A DNA stretch of 64,000 nt. Origin: Massalongia carnosa (Eukaryota). The position numbers and the translations under genes are program-made. Below, piece by piece: positions 1 through 10,927 of the stretch (positions within the stretch are counted from its first letter, which is position 1; the number at the start of each line of letters is the position of its first letter). A model generated the notes under the pieces. It saw nothing but the letters and a program-made list of their open reading frames with translations. It did no database searches and was not told the DNA's origin. The DNA lies in NCBI GenBank assembly GCA_965645245.1, contig OZ287086.1:372001-436000 (forward strand). Direction: 5' to 3'.

Positions 1-235
1 TATGGATATTGGACTTTGCCATTGTTGCTGAACCAATATATCGTCTGCTGAAGAAAGATGCTGCTTTTGTATGGGGCATGGAACAAACCGAGGCAATGGA
101 CTTGCTGAAGATAGCTCTGACATCTCCGCCAGCACTAAAGACCATTGACTATAGCGAGCTAGCTGGACTTATCATATTGGCTGTGGATGCGAGTTTGAAA
201 GGATGGGGCGCTGTACTGATGCAAATCTTTGATGG
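1..235 (+). CDS. pol: Gypsy pol fragment (RT connection / RNase H start)
   Basis: FAIVAEPIYRLLKKDAAFVWG...LTSPPAL...VDAS motifs; cut at 236 by the Copia LTR. Confidence 0.9.
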
Positions 236-567
236 TGTTTAAAATAGGAGGGATGGATGGAGAATGATGGACCCAATGCACAGAAAATAGGTGGCAGAGT
301 GCCAGAAGTCTCTGGATAGTACAGAACTTCTATGAATGAAATAATTCAGATTATTGCGACTGATCTCTAAGCTATGCGTAGGAGTGATTTTATATACATG
401 TTGATCATAGAACATTCGAGATTCTCCTCGAACGTCTATAGACCTGAATTTCTAAGCATCGAAGATACCAGAAATTCTCAGATGTAACTATTCCCATATC
501 AGTAAAATACGCGAGGGCATTCGCATATTACGTCAGATATGATCTAGCTGGCTTGGCATTCGCAACA
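236..567 (-). repeat. 3' LTR of Copia 1
   Basis: Direct repeat of 5399-5730. Confidence 0.95.
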
Positions 568-749
568 CTCCCACTGCAAAGTCAGCTGAGAAATTTTAAC
601 AGAAAAAATACCTGTATCCCTAACTCCTAAACCGTTTATCAATCTATGTCAATTCACCTCTTCCGTATGCAATTTGAATTTGGTTTGGACCTGTTGTGTG
701 CAATCTGATTTGGTCCATTAGCTCCCACTGAGCCTATGTTCCCCTTTTC

Positions 750-3700
750 TTATTCCACCTCTTGCACACCAAGCTTGGCTCGTAGTTCTTTGAACATGGT
801 TGCTCCCAAGGGCTTGGTGAATATATCAGCTATCATCTCGTGTGTGGATACGTGATCAGTTGAAGCATAGCCATCGTTGATGACTTCGCGAAGGTAGTGG
901 AGTTGGATGTCTATGTGTTTTGATCGGCTATGATGCTCGGGGTTTCTGATCAAGTCGAGGGTTCCCTGATTATCACCGTTCAGCTTGATCGGGAAGTTCA
1001 TATGCTTGCCAAATCCCAATTCATTCATCCACCTTGTCACCCATACGATATCCTTGCCTGCTTGGCACATGGATGAATATTCTGCCTCCATTGTTGACGT
1101 AACCACTGATCGTTGCTTCTTGCTTGCCCAAATCACTGCCCCATTGCCCAATAACATTGTATGCCCGTAGGTTGACTTGCGGTCATTGACGTCATCGCCG
1201 TATGCGGCATCCGCAAAGCTAATGAGATCACCGTTACGGTTATGGTCGTATACGAGGGCTAGGTCGGCTGTCCCTTTGAGATATTTGAGGACTCGGTCAA
1301 GGGCTGTTCGGTGCCTCATGGCTGGATCATGCGTGTACTGACTGAGTTTTCCAACTGCAAAAGCGAGGTCTGGCCTCGTGCTTACCATAGCGTACATGAC
1401 ACTGCCAATACGCTTCTGATATTCTAATTGATTGGTTCTGGGCTCGTCAGCCGTTGCAGGTGTAAGGCTTTCTTTCCCGTCTAGTGGTGTTAGTACTGGA
1501 TTGGCGTTATCCATCTGGTAATCGCGAAGGAAGTTCTTGATGTAGTTGGATTGATCGAGGAAAACCCGTTTTCCTTCACGTCGAATGCGAATACCCAACA
1601 CGTACTGTGCTGGCCCTAGGTCTTTCATTTTGTACTCACGATTTAATAGCTCTTTGACATCTTTGATCGCTGCCTTGCTCTTTGAGAAAATTAGTAAATC
1701 ATCTACGTACAACGCGATGATTACGTGCGAGGTTTGGTTGACAAAGACGCAATTATCGCCTGTGAGGGTCTTATAGCCAATAGAACGCAGGAATTTAGAT
1801 ATTCTTTTGTTCCACTCTCGTCCAGATTGCTTCAATCCGTAAAGGCCCTTCCGTAGTCGTAATACGCAGTCTTCATAGCCTGGTGGTGGCGTGAGGCCTT
1901 CGGGCATCTCCATGTAAATAATTTCTTCTAGATCCGCTTTAAGATAGGCATTCGGAACATCCATTTGCTCGATTTCAAACCCGAAGTATGCTGCGAGCGA
2001 CAAAAGCATCCGCAAAGATTCCTGACGGAGTGTGGGTGAAAAGGTCTCCTCGTAATCTAGGCCGAATATTTGTGTATATCCTCGTGCAACTAGGCGGGCC
2101 TTGTAGCGGTCTATGAAATTGTTGACCGTATATTTTATCTTGAATACCCATTTGGACGTCACGATATTTCTGCCATGCGGCCGCTTACAATACTCCCATG
2201 TGCCATTAGCAATGAGGGCACAAAGCTCCTCGTCTATTGCTATTAGCCATTTACGCCAGTCAATGCATTTGATGGCTTCTTTATAGGAGCGGGGTTCGGA
2301 TAGCTTGGGGGTTTGATAAACTTGCTTGTGACCACTCTGGTCTAGGTTTGCGTCCATGTCTGCTTTCCGAGCTATATGCCCGTGTGCTTTATCGAAGCCG
2401 TACTTATCGAATGGCTTTCGCTCCCGCGTTGATCGACGAGTAGGCTTATTAGCAGAGGTTCGTATAGTGGAAGAAGAAGAATTGATGGTTGATGAAGATA
2501 CGGAAGTGGAAGGGTTCGTAGGAGTGGAAGAGTTTCGATTATGATTTTGCGACCGGAATGTTGAACCATCTGGTCGCTGATAAGCATTAGGGGATGAATC
2601 AGTGATAACTTGCTGATTTTCAGGATTTGATCCTGAATCCCTTCCTGAATTTTCGTCTCTAACCTGATTTTGAACACCCTCAGGCGCTCCCACTTGATCA
2701 GAATCAGGTTTATTTGTGTCATCCTCGTTATCAGTACTATTGTCGTCAGCATCATTAGTGACGCCGGACTGTACGAATAACTCGCGATCCTCATTTGGTT
2801 TTGCTCCTCCTAGAATGATCCCGCCGGGTGTATTTTCTAGGAACTTAATTGAAGTATGCCATTCTACCTTGCTCGTTTTTGGATTATAAATGCGATATTG
2901 GTTTGAAGAGTGATATCCGACGAAAATTCCTTGCCAGGATACTTTATCCAGCTTGGATCGATTTTCCTTCGGGATATGAACGTGAACCAAGCAGCCAAAG
3001 GTGCGTAGATGGCTGATGTCCGGTTTTTGCTGCGTCCATTTTTCTTCGGGTGACTGGTTAACTTTGGCGGTAGGGAGGAGGTTTCTGAGATAGTTAGCAG
3101 TCATTGCTGCTTCTCCCCAGAAGGAATGAGGCAATTTCGCCCATACGAGCATGGACCTAATCATTTGAACGATTGTTCGGTTATATCGTTCCGCAACTCC
3201 ATTCTGTTCTGGAGTATACGGTGTAGTGGGTTCAGCGCGAATGCCATCGGGTCGAATAAGTTCCATGAATTTCTTGTACTCCTTAGCATTGTCGCATCGG
3301 AATTTGATTACCTGCTGATTCTTTTCTCTTTCAACGACATTGATCCACTCTTTGATAGCTCAATAAATGATTCGTCGGTTTTTAAGGAGAATTAGCCAGG
3401 ACTTCCGTGTAAAGTCATCAATCAATGAAATAAAGTACGAATGGCCTCCGAGGCTAGCCGTACGATAGGGGCCCCAGATATCCGTGTGAATCCTGGCCAA
3501 TGGCCGGACTGTTTTCGAAAACGGCTCGTGACTGACCACTCGAGTTAACTTGGTAAAGTTGCAGATAGAACATGAAAGTTGTGTAACAGTTGGTGAAAAG
3601 GAAGTTATTCCAGACGCATAGCGGTATAAATCCTGGAGTCGTTTTGGGCTGGGGTGACCCATTCGGGCGTGCCACAGCCTGTATTCACGCTCTTCTGGCC

Positions 3701-5324
3701 TTTCTTGACCTACAGGTGATACCGATTTTTCTCGCGTGCAATCTCTTGCTGTTATTTTAGGCTTGTTCGACGATTTAGGATCTTCGGGGTTGGCTTCCTC
3801 GATATTTTCGCTGATTTCCGCGAATGCCTGTAAGGCAACCTGAGAGGTCCGCAAGAAATACGTACGTCCTCTAAGAAAACCGCTGGCCACTGAGGTACCC
3901 TTCCGCAGGATCTCCACACCTTTTCCATGAAACAAGACATTTAACCCCTTTTTGTTTAATGCCGAAATAGACAGTAGGTTTGCATCCAGTTGGGGTACGT
4001 ATAAAACGTCGGTCATGCGAATGGCAACACCATCGATATCCACAGAAATATCACCCTTACCCTTGCTCCAAAGCCTCTGGCCATTAGCAATTCGAATTGG
4101 GGTGCGGTGGTATTCGAATTTCGTGAAGATATTTCGCATATAGGTCATATGACGTGAAGCACCAGAGTCTAGCATCCAGCCACTAGTTTTATCCTCCGCA
4201 CCTTCACGGACTTCAAAAATTTCTTCTAATTTTTCAACTTTCTCATCAATAACCTCCTCTTTTATATCCACGGCCATCCACCCCTCATCCTCACTGGCAC
4301 CATCGTCAAAGTCCTCTTCATTGGCCGGCCGGGCAGTGCCTTTGCTTCGGCCACTGAAGTTGGAAGAACTGGTATTGCTCGTGGAGGTAGGCCTAGTGGT
4401 ACTCCGTGATTTCAATTTGGGTACAGGTTTTGATGTTTCGGATTTGGACTTCGGTTTCCTCCGTTGCTCAGGATGGGTGCGTTCCCATTCCTGGCCTTCG
4501 TCGGTGTCATCGAGCCAGCTCCAGCAATAGATTCGGATATGTCCAAGTTTCCCGCAATGGTCGCACTTCTTTGGTGGCCCTTTACCCTTTTTTGCATTCG
4601 CTCGATAGGCATCCTCGACAGAGTCATCCTTTTCGAATTTTAGTCGCTGCTCCGTCGCTTTCAAGGCCTCCTTAGTTGCTTCCAAGGTAAGCTCGGGTTC
4701 CCGTTCCAATAAAAGCTTTGTTGTATCAAATGCAGGGTCCTCCACGGCACTCATCAGGGCTATGGCCATCAACGCATCGTGAGGCTCAAACTCCGATTTT
4801 ATGTCCGCAATCTGGACTCGTAAGGTCTCAAGGGCCCCTGCTATATCATCGATAGAGTCGCTGGATCCAGCCTTGTAGGTATAGAATCGCTTCAATAAAT
4901 AGTTGATTCTTCCTCTGGCGTGGACTCCATGGACCTTCTTTAGAGCGTCCCAGGCGGCTTTGGATGTTGTTTTGTTTCGAAGGTGAGTCAATTGGCTTTT
5001 CTCACAGTTGGCCCGTATCCATTTCAATGCGTTGGTATCATCGTGGTCCCATTCGTCAAAGTCTTTTGGTCGGGTTACTGTATCTGGTTGAGGGGTTTTT
5101 CCTTCTACTAACTTGAGGACTCTCATAGATTTAAGCTGAATCCACATCTCTTCCGCCCAGGTTAAATAATTATCGGCACCTAGCTTGGGCTCTACCCTTA
5201 TATCCCCTTTCCTTACCGCTTTTGTATACTGCCCATCGGGGCCAGAAGATGAAGAGGAAGGAGGGGAAGGGCTGGTCATACTTGCTGGTGTATTAGGGTC
5301 TGTGGAGTCGCGTTGGTCCGTCAT
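750..5324 (-). pseudogene. Copia gag-pol polyprotein with one in-frame stop
   Basis: ORFs 3360-5324 and 750-3266 share a frame, separated by a single TGA at 3360-3362 within the integrase. Zinc knuckle CDHCGKLGHIRIYC, protease LDSGAS, integrase HTDIWG..CDN..NGVAER, RT YVDDLL. Confidence 0.93.
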
Positions 5325-5398
5325 CTCATTGTGTATAACCTCGAAACTAACACAAGAAAATCACTCGGCAGCACTATAGGCTAACCGGGCTCATAACC

Positions 5399-5730
5399 TG
5401 TTTAAAATAGGAGGGATGGATGGAGAATGATGGACCCAATGCACAGAAAATAGGTGGCAGAGTGCCAGAAGTCTCTGGATAGTACAGAACTTCTATGAAT
5501 GAAATAATTCTGATTATTGCGACTGATCTCTAAGCTATGCGTAGGAGTGATGTTATATACATGTTGATCATAGAACATTCGAGATTCTCCTCGAACGTCT
5601 ATAGACCTGAATTTCTAAGCATCGAAGATACCAGAAATTCTCAGATGTAACTATTCCCATATCAGTAAAATACGCGAGGGCATTCGCATATTACGTCAGA
5701 TATGATCTAGCTGGCTTGGCATTCGCAACA
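5399..5730 (-). repeat. 5' LTR of Copia 1
   Basis: Direct repeat of 236-567; adjacent PBS. Confidence 0.95.
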
Positions 5731-7611
5731 GATGGCAAGCGTCACCCCATTCGGTACGAAAGCGGAGTATGGAGCGAGGTGGAACAGCGATATGATGCAA
5801 CCAAGCGAGAGTGTCGAGGCGTTCTAAAGGCATTGAAAAAGACAAGGCACTGGCTATATGGAGTTTACTTTGTGTTGGAGACAGACGCCAACGTCCTAGT
5901 GGCGCAATTGAATGGAGCTTGTACCGATTTGCCTGGTGCTCTGATAGTCCGATGGATAGCATGGATACGACTGTTTGACTTCGAGGTCAAACATGTTGCT
6001 GGCCGAAAACATACGGCAGCAGATGGACTGTCTAGACGACCTCATACTGAGGAAGAAATTCGGGCCGAACAGCAGGAGCAAGACATAGACGACTTCATAG
6101 ATGCCGAACTGAATTCACTAAGGGCCTGTCCAATTTCCGTTAACTCCGCAGACGAGGTGCCAGACGAAAAAGTGCTAAAGGCCGGATATAGTGATAAGTC
6201 CGAGAGAATCGCTGCATTTCTAACATCACTACAAAAGCCGGTTGGACTAAACCGCAAAGAGTTTAGAGCGTTTAAGAGCGAGGCCTTGCGCTATCGAGTA
6301 CAAGATGGCCATCTTTATAGACGAAACAGCAAGAACGTACCTTCCAGGAGAGTGATAGACTCCGATGAGCGGAAGTTGGAAATATTGAAACAGCTGCATG
6401 ACGAAAGTGGACATAGAGGCAGAGAGGGCACATACAGACGCATAGCAGACAGGTACTGGTGGGAACAATTGCACGATGATGTAAAAGGCTATGTTCGGTC
6501 CTGCGAGGAATGTCAGAAACGTGACCCCACTAGGCTCGAGGAAGCACTTCATCCGACATGGGTTACCTTCATGTGGCAGAAGGTTGGCTTAGACGTGGTC
6601 CACATGCCAGCTTGTCGAGGCAAGCACTATATTGTTATGGCCAGAGATGACTTTTCCGGATGGGTCGAGGGTAGAGCACTAGGAAAAGCTACCGCTCAGA
6701 ATGTCGCGAGATTCTTGTGGGAAGATGTTATATGCAGACATGGGTGCTTCGGAAAACTGATTGTTGATGGTGGACCAGAAAACAAAGATGCTGTTATCGA
6801 ATTAGCAAATCGATATGGTATCAAAAGAGTAGTTGTTTCTGCCTATCATCCGCAAGCCAATGGCATGATAGAACGGGGACATCGGCCAGTTGTTCAAGCA
6901 TTATCCAAAATGACAAATGGAGGCATGGGCAAATGGGTTGATAATCTTCCTGCAGTACTATGGGCCGACCGTACAACAGTTCGTGCTAGCACCGGCAACA
7001 CACCTTTCTATCTGAATAGCGGCAATGAGGCTGTTCTACCAATTGAACTGGAAATTCCAACATGGAGAATATTACCATGGAATGAAGTTCATACAACAGA
7101 CGAATTGCTAGCTATGCGTGCGAGACAAATACAGCGAAGGGATGAAGACATGGAAGAGACAGCTTTATTCCTGCAAAGACAAAGAATGGAAGGCAAAGAG
7201 ACCTTTGACACTCTGAACAATCTGAGATCAATTGAACTCACCGAGGGTCAATTAATTCTTTTGCACGACACTAAATTAGACAATCAGCACACAGGCAAAC
7301 TAACGTTCAGGTGGTTGGGACCATATAAAATTCAACAAACAATTGTTGATAAGGGAACTTACAAACTATGTGAACTAGACGGCACCCTATTAGCTGGAAC
7401 CTTTGCAGGAAATCGACTGAAACCATTTCATGCTCGGCAAAATATTAACTTACCTCCGATAGAAGAACCTGAGCAACATAATAGTCAGGGGCCGACTATA
7501 AACCATGGGGGGGACGAGGACGACCGACAGTCCATGATTCCACCTAGCTGGCCAATGGCAGTAGTGATTCCTAGCAGACGTGCTGATGCGATGGAGACGG
7601 TGGAAAATTGA
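5731..7611 (+). CDS. pol: Gypsy pol continuation: RNase H and integrase
   Basis: RNase H (ETDAN, ADGLSR), HHCC (HDESGH..CEEC), DDE (GLDVV, VDGG, GMIER), GPY motif (WLGPY). Confidence 0.93.
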   Translation, partial: DGKRHPIRYESGVWSEVEQRYDATKRECRGVLKALKKTRHWLYGVYFVLETDANVLVAQLNGACTDLPGALIVRWIAWIRLFDFEVKHVAGRKHTAADGLSRRPHTEEEIRAEQQEQDIDDFIDAELNSLRACPISVNSADEVPDEKVLKAGYSDKSERIAAFLTSLQKPVGLNRKEFRAFKSEALRYRVQDGHLYRRNSKNVPSRRVIDSDERKLEILKQLHDESGHRGREGTYRRIADRYWWEQLHDDVKGYVRSCEECQKRDPTRLEEALHPTWVTFMWQKVGLDVVHMPACRGKHYIVMARDDFSGWVEGRALGKATAQNVARFLWEDVICRHGCFGKLIVDGGPENKDAVIELANRYGIKRVVVSAYHPQANGMIERGHRPVVQALSKMTNGGMGKWVDNLPAVLWADRTTVRASTGNTPFYLNSGNEAVLPIELEIPTWRILPWNEVHTTDELLAMRARQIQRRDEDMEETALFLQRQRMEGKETFDTLNNLRSIELTEGQLILLHDTKLDNQHTGKLTFRWLGPYKIQQTIVDKGTYKLCELDGTLLAGTFAGNRLKPFHARQNINLPPIEEPEQHNSQGPTINHGGDEDDRQSMIPPSWPMAVVIPSRRADAMETVEN

Positions 7612-7968
7612 CATATCCGACTACCTATATCGAACGAATTTCCTTAGTAAAATGCATATTGTCAGCGGAGGAAGCACACGAACCTTCGGAATAGTTTCAT
7701 TTCACACTTACCAAAATTCACCGAAAACTTCACCAACCTTAGTCGAAATTGCCATCTTCCGAATCCTCACCTCCATGTTTTACCTTTTCCATACTACCAG
7801 AACTCAGCAAATTATCTAGCTTTTACTACCTACCTGATCAGCACATATACTATCTTCCTATCAGCAAACATCTCTGCTAAGCTCAACTTCTTATCTAAGC
7901 GAAAGTCAGCAAGCTACTCGATAACTTGGAACAATTTATCTTACCTTACTTGCCTTACATCTTTTGGC

Positions 7969-8484
7969 ATGTCTTTCCAATTAGTCATTGTCCTAGGAAA
8001 TGACCGCTTCCACCACATGACAGACGCACTAGCTTTTCTTGAGACATTGACCCCAGCAGACCGATACGAGGGACAGAGGACCATAGAATCGCAGCTAATA
8101 GAGTTTCAGCATATGCTAGGGGATAGCATAGTGGACTATTATGACTATGTCATACAGAATGATGCCTGGGCCTCGGTGATGAAAGAAGAAGAGTTCAAAG
8201 CTCAACGAGAAGATGTTATTGAGGAGGTGGATATGGTCCAACTGTCACGGGCAGTTGGAGAATGGAGGAATCGGACATTAAAGGAGGCCATTATTATGTT
8301 TCAGCATGTGAAGAAAGCAGAGGAAGAGGACTTTGGGACTAGGTCATCTTTTCGGTTAAAGCGAGAGTCACATGGCAGGCCTATTCCTCACATCTCTGAT
8401 GACATTGATACGACTCCGGGACCCGAGCTGGATGAGGAGGAGTTAGTGTTTGCTGAGGCCGGAATGAAGCGAACGCTGGAGTAG
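7969..8484 (+). CDS. Extra 171-aa acidic ORF between Gypsy pol and the 3' LTR; function unknown
   Basis: ATG-initiated open frame inside the element, ending about 30 bp before the PPT. Confidence 0.5.
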   Translation: MSFQLVIVLGNDRFHHMTDALAFLETLTPADRYEGQRTIESQLIEFQHMLGDSIVDYYDYVIQNDAWASVMKEEEFKAQREDVIEEVDMVQLSRAVGEWRNRTLKEAIIMFQHVKKAEEEDFGTRSSFRLKRESHGRPIPHISDDIDTTPGPELDEEELVFAEAGMKRTLE

Positions 8485-8533
8485 GAACAGTGATAGGTGT
8501 CAGGGGTCGACACCTAAAGAGAGAGGGGAACTA

Positions 8534-8883
8534 TGTAGGGGGGTGGAGCGGTGATACTCTAAATTCAAATTGCTAGCGGTTCGGGAGTTGGTTCTTTTCG
8601 GTTGATACTCGGTAAAGGTAGCGGGGAAGTCAGGTGACAGTCTTTCTTTTAGTTTAGTTATAGATAGTTCTTTTCCTTATAGAGCAAGCATGCTCGTAGC
8701 AATAGCTACAACACACAGCATCAACACATACAGTTCACAGGCACGAGGCACGAGGCGCGAGGCATACAGTGACCAGTCTAGCTATTGTTCTTATTCTATT
8801 GTCTTGTTCTTCCCTTGTTTGTTTGTTCTCTTGCACTCCCAGCAGTAGTGGACCACGCACACCACCCAGTTCATCCTTCCACA
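8534..8883 (+). repeat. Probable 3' LTR of Gypsy 1 (right end uncertain; alternative end 8710)
   Basis: Starts TGTAG after the PPT and ends ...CCTTCCACA. Layout resembles solo LTR 9839-10121 (TTATAGATAG motif, T-rich tract, CGCAC..CACCC near end). Confidence 0.6.
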
Positions 8884-9221
8884 ACTGCTGGAACAAAATC
8901 GAAGGTGCGAGAACGAAATCGAAAGTTCCTACACGTTCCATCTACGGTTTGCCCTAGGCGGTGCCGAATTCATCCGAGTGCCGAGGTCGTGCCGAGTAAA
9001 ATTGTGACACCTATCAGTTCAATGAACATAGCACCTACGGCTGCCCTAGATGGACAGGCCAGAAAACCGTAGATGCCGTAATAGGCTTAGTCCCAAGATA
9101 AGATAAGATCACCTCGCTTAGTAGAGGGTGACCAGTCACGCGGCTGACAAAAAAACCGGGACATCAAAATTCTCACCCTACCAAAATCTACCCTTCTCTC
9201 CCTATCTTCAACATCACAATC

Positions 9222-10623
9222 ATGGATGACTCACGCCCACATACTCCAAACATTGAAACTCGAGCTCTATTAGCTCATTATTCTACTCCCACCAAGGCAT
9301 CAGTTTGGGCAGCGGTTCATTTCGCCGATCGTATGAAATTACCGTACTATAAGGAGGATATTTTTCGAACATTCAACGTTAGTCGCACACGTGGCTATGA
9401 AATGCTTCGAAATGAGGACTTTTCTTCTCGCCAACTACACAATAATCCTGATCACAAGGAGACTAGAGGAAGAAAATCCCTGATTTCTTCCGTCAAAATT
9501 CGAGAGATGGAACGAATTTTAGAAGAAGAAGGCATTGAAGCTCGCTCTTTAACGTGGCAGCAGCTAGGCTACGAAGTTGGGCTGGATTGCAGTGGCCGTA
9601 CGATACAAAGAGCAATGGGGACAATGGATTATCATAAGTGCGTGTCTTGTAAGAAGGGCTGGGTCAATGAGCGAACAGCAGCTAAAAGAGTTGAATGGGC
9701 CACATTCATGTTGAATAAATATCCTGAAAAGGAGGACTAGTATTGAGTCAGATTTAGTGATGAAGTTCATTTTGGATGGGGTTCACAAGGCAAGCTACGA
9801 ACCATTCGCAAGCCAACGATACTGTCAAGATTGCATACTGTGGTGGGGTGAACAGGTGAAGGAAGGTGGGTGCTAGGAGGCGGAGCGGCAGGGAGTTTTT
9901 CCGGGGCCCATGCATTTCTTTATAGATAGGAGTCCAGACAGAAAGCTTTTTCATACAGAGATAGTCACATGTACAATCTTTCGAGTTTAGAAGAGTCAGA
10001 GTTCATGTTTCGGTGCTTCTTGTGTCCAGAGTTCTTGTTGTTGTCACGTGTATTTTGTGTTTGCTTTCTCTGTCACCTCGAGGTCATCTAGCTACGCACC
10101 ACCCCTGACTACTCCTTCTCAATACAAGAGGAGCACATGCCGGATAAGAAGAATAAAAAAAGGCATCATTTTTGGGCGGCCGCATGGCACGATTTCAAAT
10201 CTTTCATTTATTTTTATGACGTCTCGGGCAATAAGAATGGAAAAATGAGTCAACGGGTTTATATTGATCAAATTTTAGATCCTATAGTCAAACCGTGGCT
10301 TGATCAGGGGCATAATTTCGTGTTGGAGGAAGATGGTGATTCAGGGCATGGGCCAGGCAAATCAAACATCGTACGCACTTGGAAGGAGGAGCATGGGCTC
10401 GAACATTACTTCATCTCCTGATTTATCGCCCATTGAAAATCGCTGGCAGCCGGTCAAGCAGGAGCTCTACAAATATCCCCATTGGGACGATGAGACCACA
10501 AAAGGGCTGATTTATGAGGGTTGGAGCCACGTTTCTCAAGGTTTTATCAATGAGAAAGTAGCTAGTATGTCCGATCGACTAGAGGCGGTGATTCGAGGTG
10601 AAGGCAAGATGACTGGTTATTGA
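9222..10623 (+). pseudogene. Tc1-like DDE transposase, disrupted by stops, a solo LTR and small deletions
   Basis: VRFSDEVHFG, LEEDGDSGHG, SPDLSPIEN motifs; homologous to 58084-59187. Confidence 0.9.
9839..10121 (+). mobile_element. Solo LTR (283 bp) with 4-bp TSD, inserted in the transposase
   Basis: TG...CA ends; ATAC at 9835-9838 and 10122-10125. Removal restores DCIQEEHMPDKK. Confidence 0.85.
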
Positions 10624-10860
10624 TTATTGATTTGATTGCATGGTAACTGTACGTAGCAAAGTGAAAATTTTGGTGTCCCGGTTTTTTTGTCAGCCGCGTG
10701 CCAGTAATAACTAAGAAAAGATTGCTGCATAGCAACTCTTTATCCTTAACATCACGGTCATACATATCTTTATTATTACAGTCATATAGCCATAGTCATA
10801 TACCTATTTCAACAATGTACTGTGTTGCAACATCGCCGATCTCTTAGAATTTGTTGACTC

Positions 10861-10927
10861 AAATCACGATCTTCTCTAAGAAATCACGATCTTCTCTAAG
10901 AAATCACGATCTTCTCTAAGAAATCAC
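10861..10927. repeat. 20-bp tandem repeat (AAATCACGATCTTCTCTAAG) x3.3
   Basis: Direct reading. Confidence 0.9.

Larger units (their letters stand above)
236..5730 (-). mobile_element. Full-length Ty1/Copia LTR retrotransposon
   Basis: 332-bp LTRs 236-567 and 5399-5730 (TG...CA; 2 substitutions seen). TSD GATGG at 231-235 and 5731-5735. PBS GGTTATGAGCCCGG at 5385-5398 (minus strand). Domain order gag-PR-INT-RT-RH. Confidence 0.97.
1..8883 (+). mobile_element. Ty3/Gypsy LTR retrotransposon, 3' part (5' end lies left of window); interrupted by a Copia; no chromodomain visible
   Basis: Pol frame 1-235 (AVDASLKGWGAVLMQIFDG) rejoins 5736 onward (KRHPIRYESG) exactly once the Copia and one GATGG copy are removed. 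Polypurine tract AAAGAGAGAGGGGAA at 8516-8530, followed after CTA by TGTAG at 8534. Confidence 0.9.
9137..10700 (+). mobile_element. IS630/Tc1-like DNA transposon with CACGCGG termini and 5-bp TSD
   Basis: 40-bp TIRs 9137-9176 and 10661-10700 (2 mismatches), flanked by CCAGT at 9132-9136 and 10701-10705. Confidence 0.92.

Noticed and set aside
5716..5730. Start MAFAT of the 631-aa ORF
   Set aside because: Comes from the Copia LTR; the real frame continues from 1-235.
9137..10700. Assignment to Transib or CACTA from the CAC terminus
   Set aside because: Transposase size (about 370 aa) and motifs (FSDE, SPDLxPIENxW) are IS630/Tc1-type.
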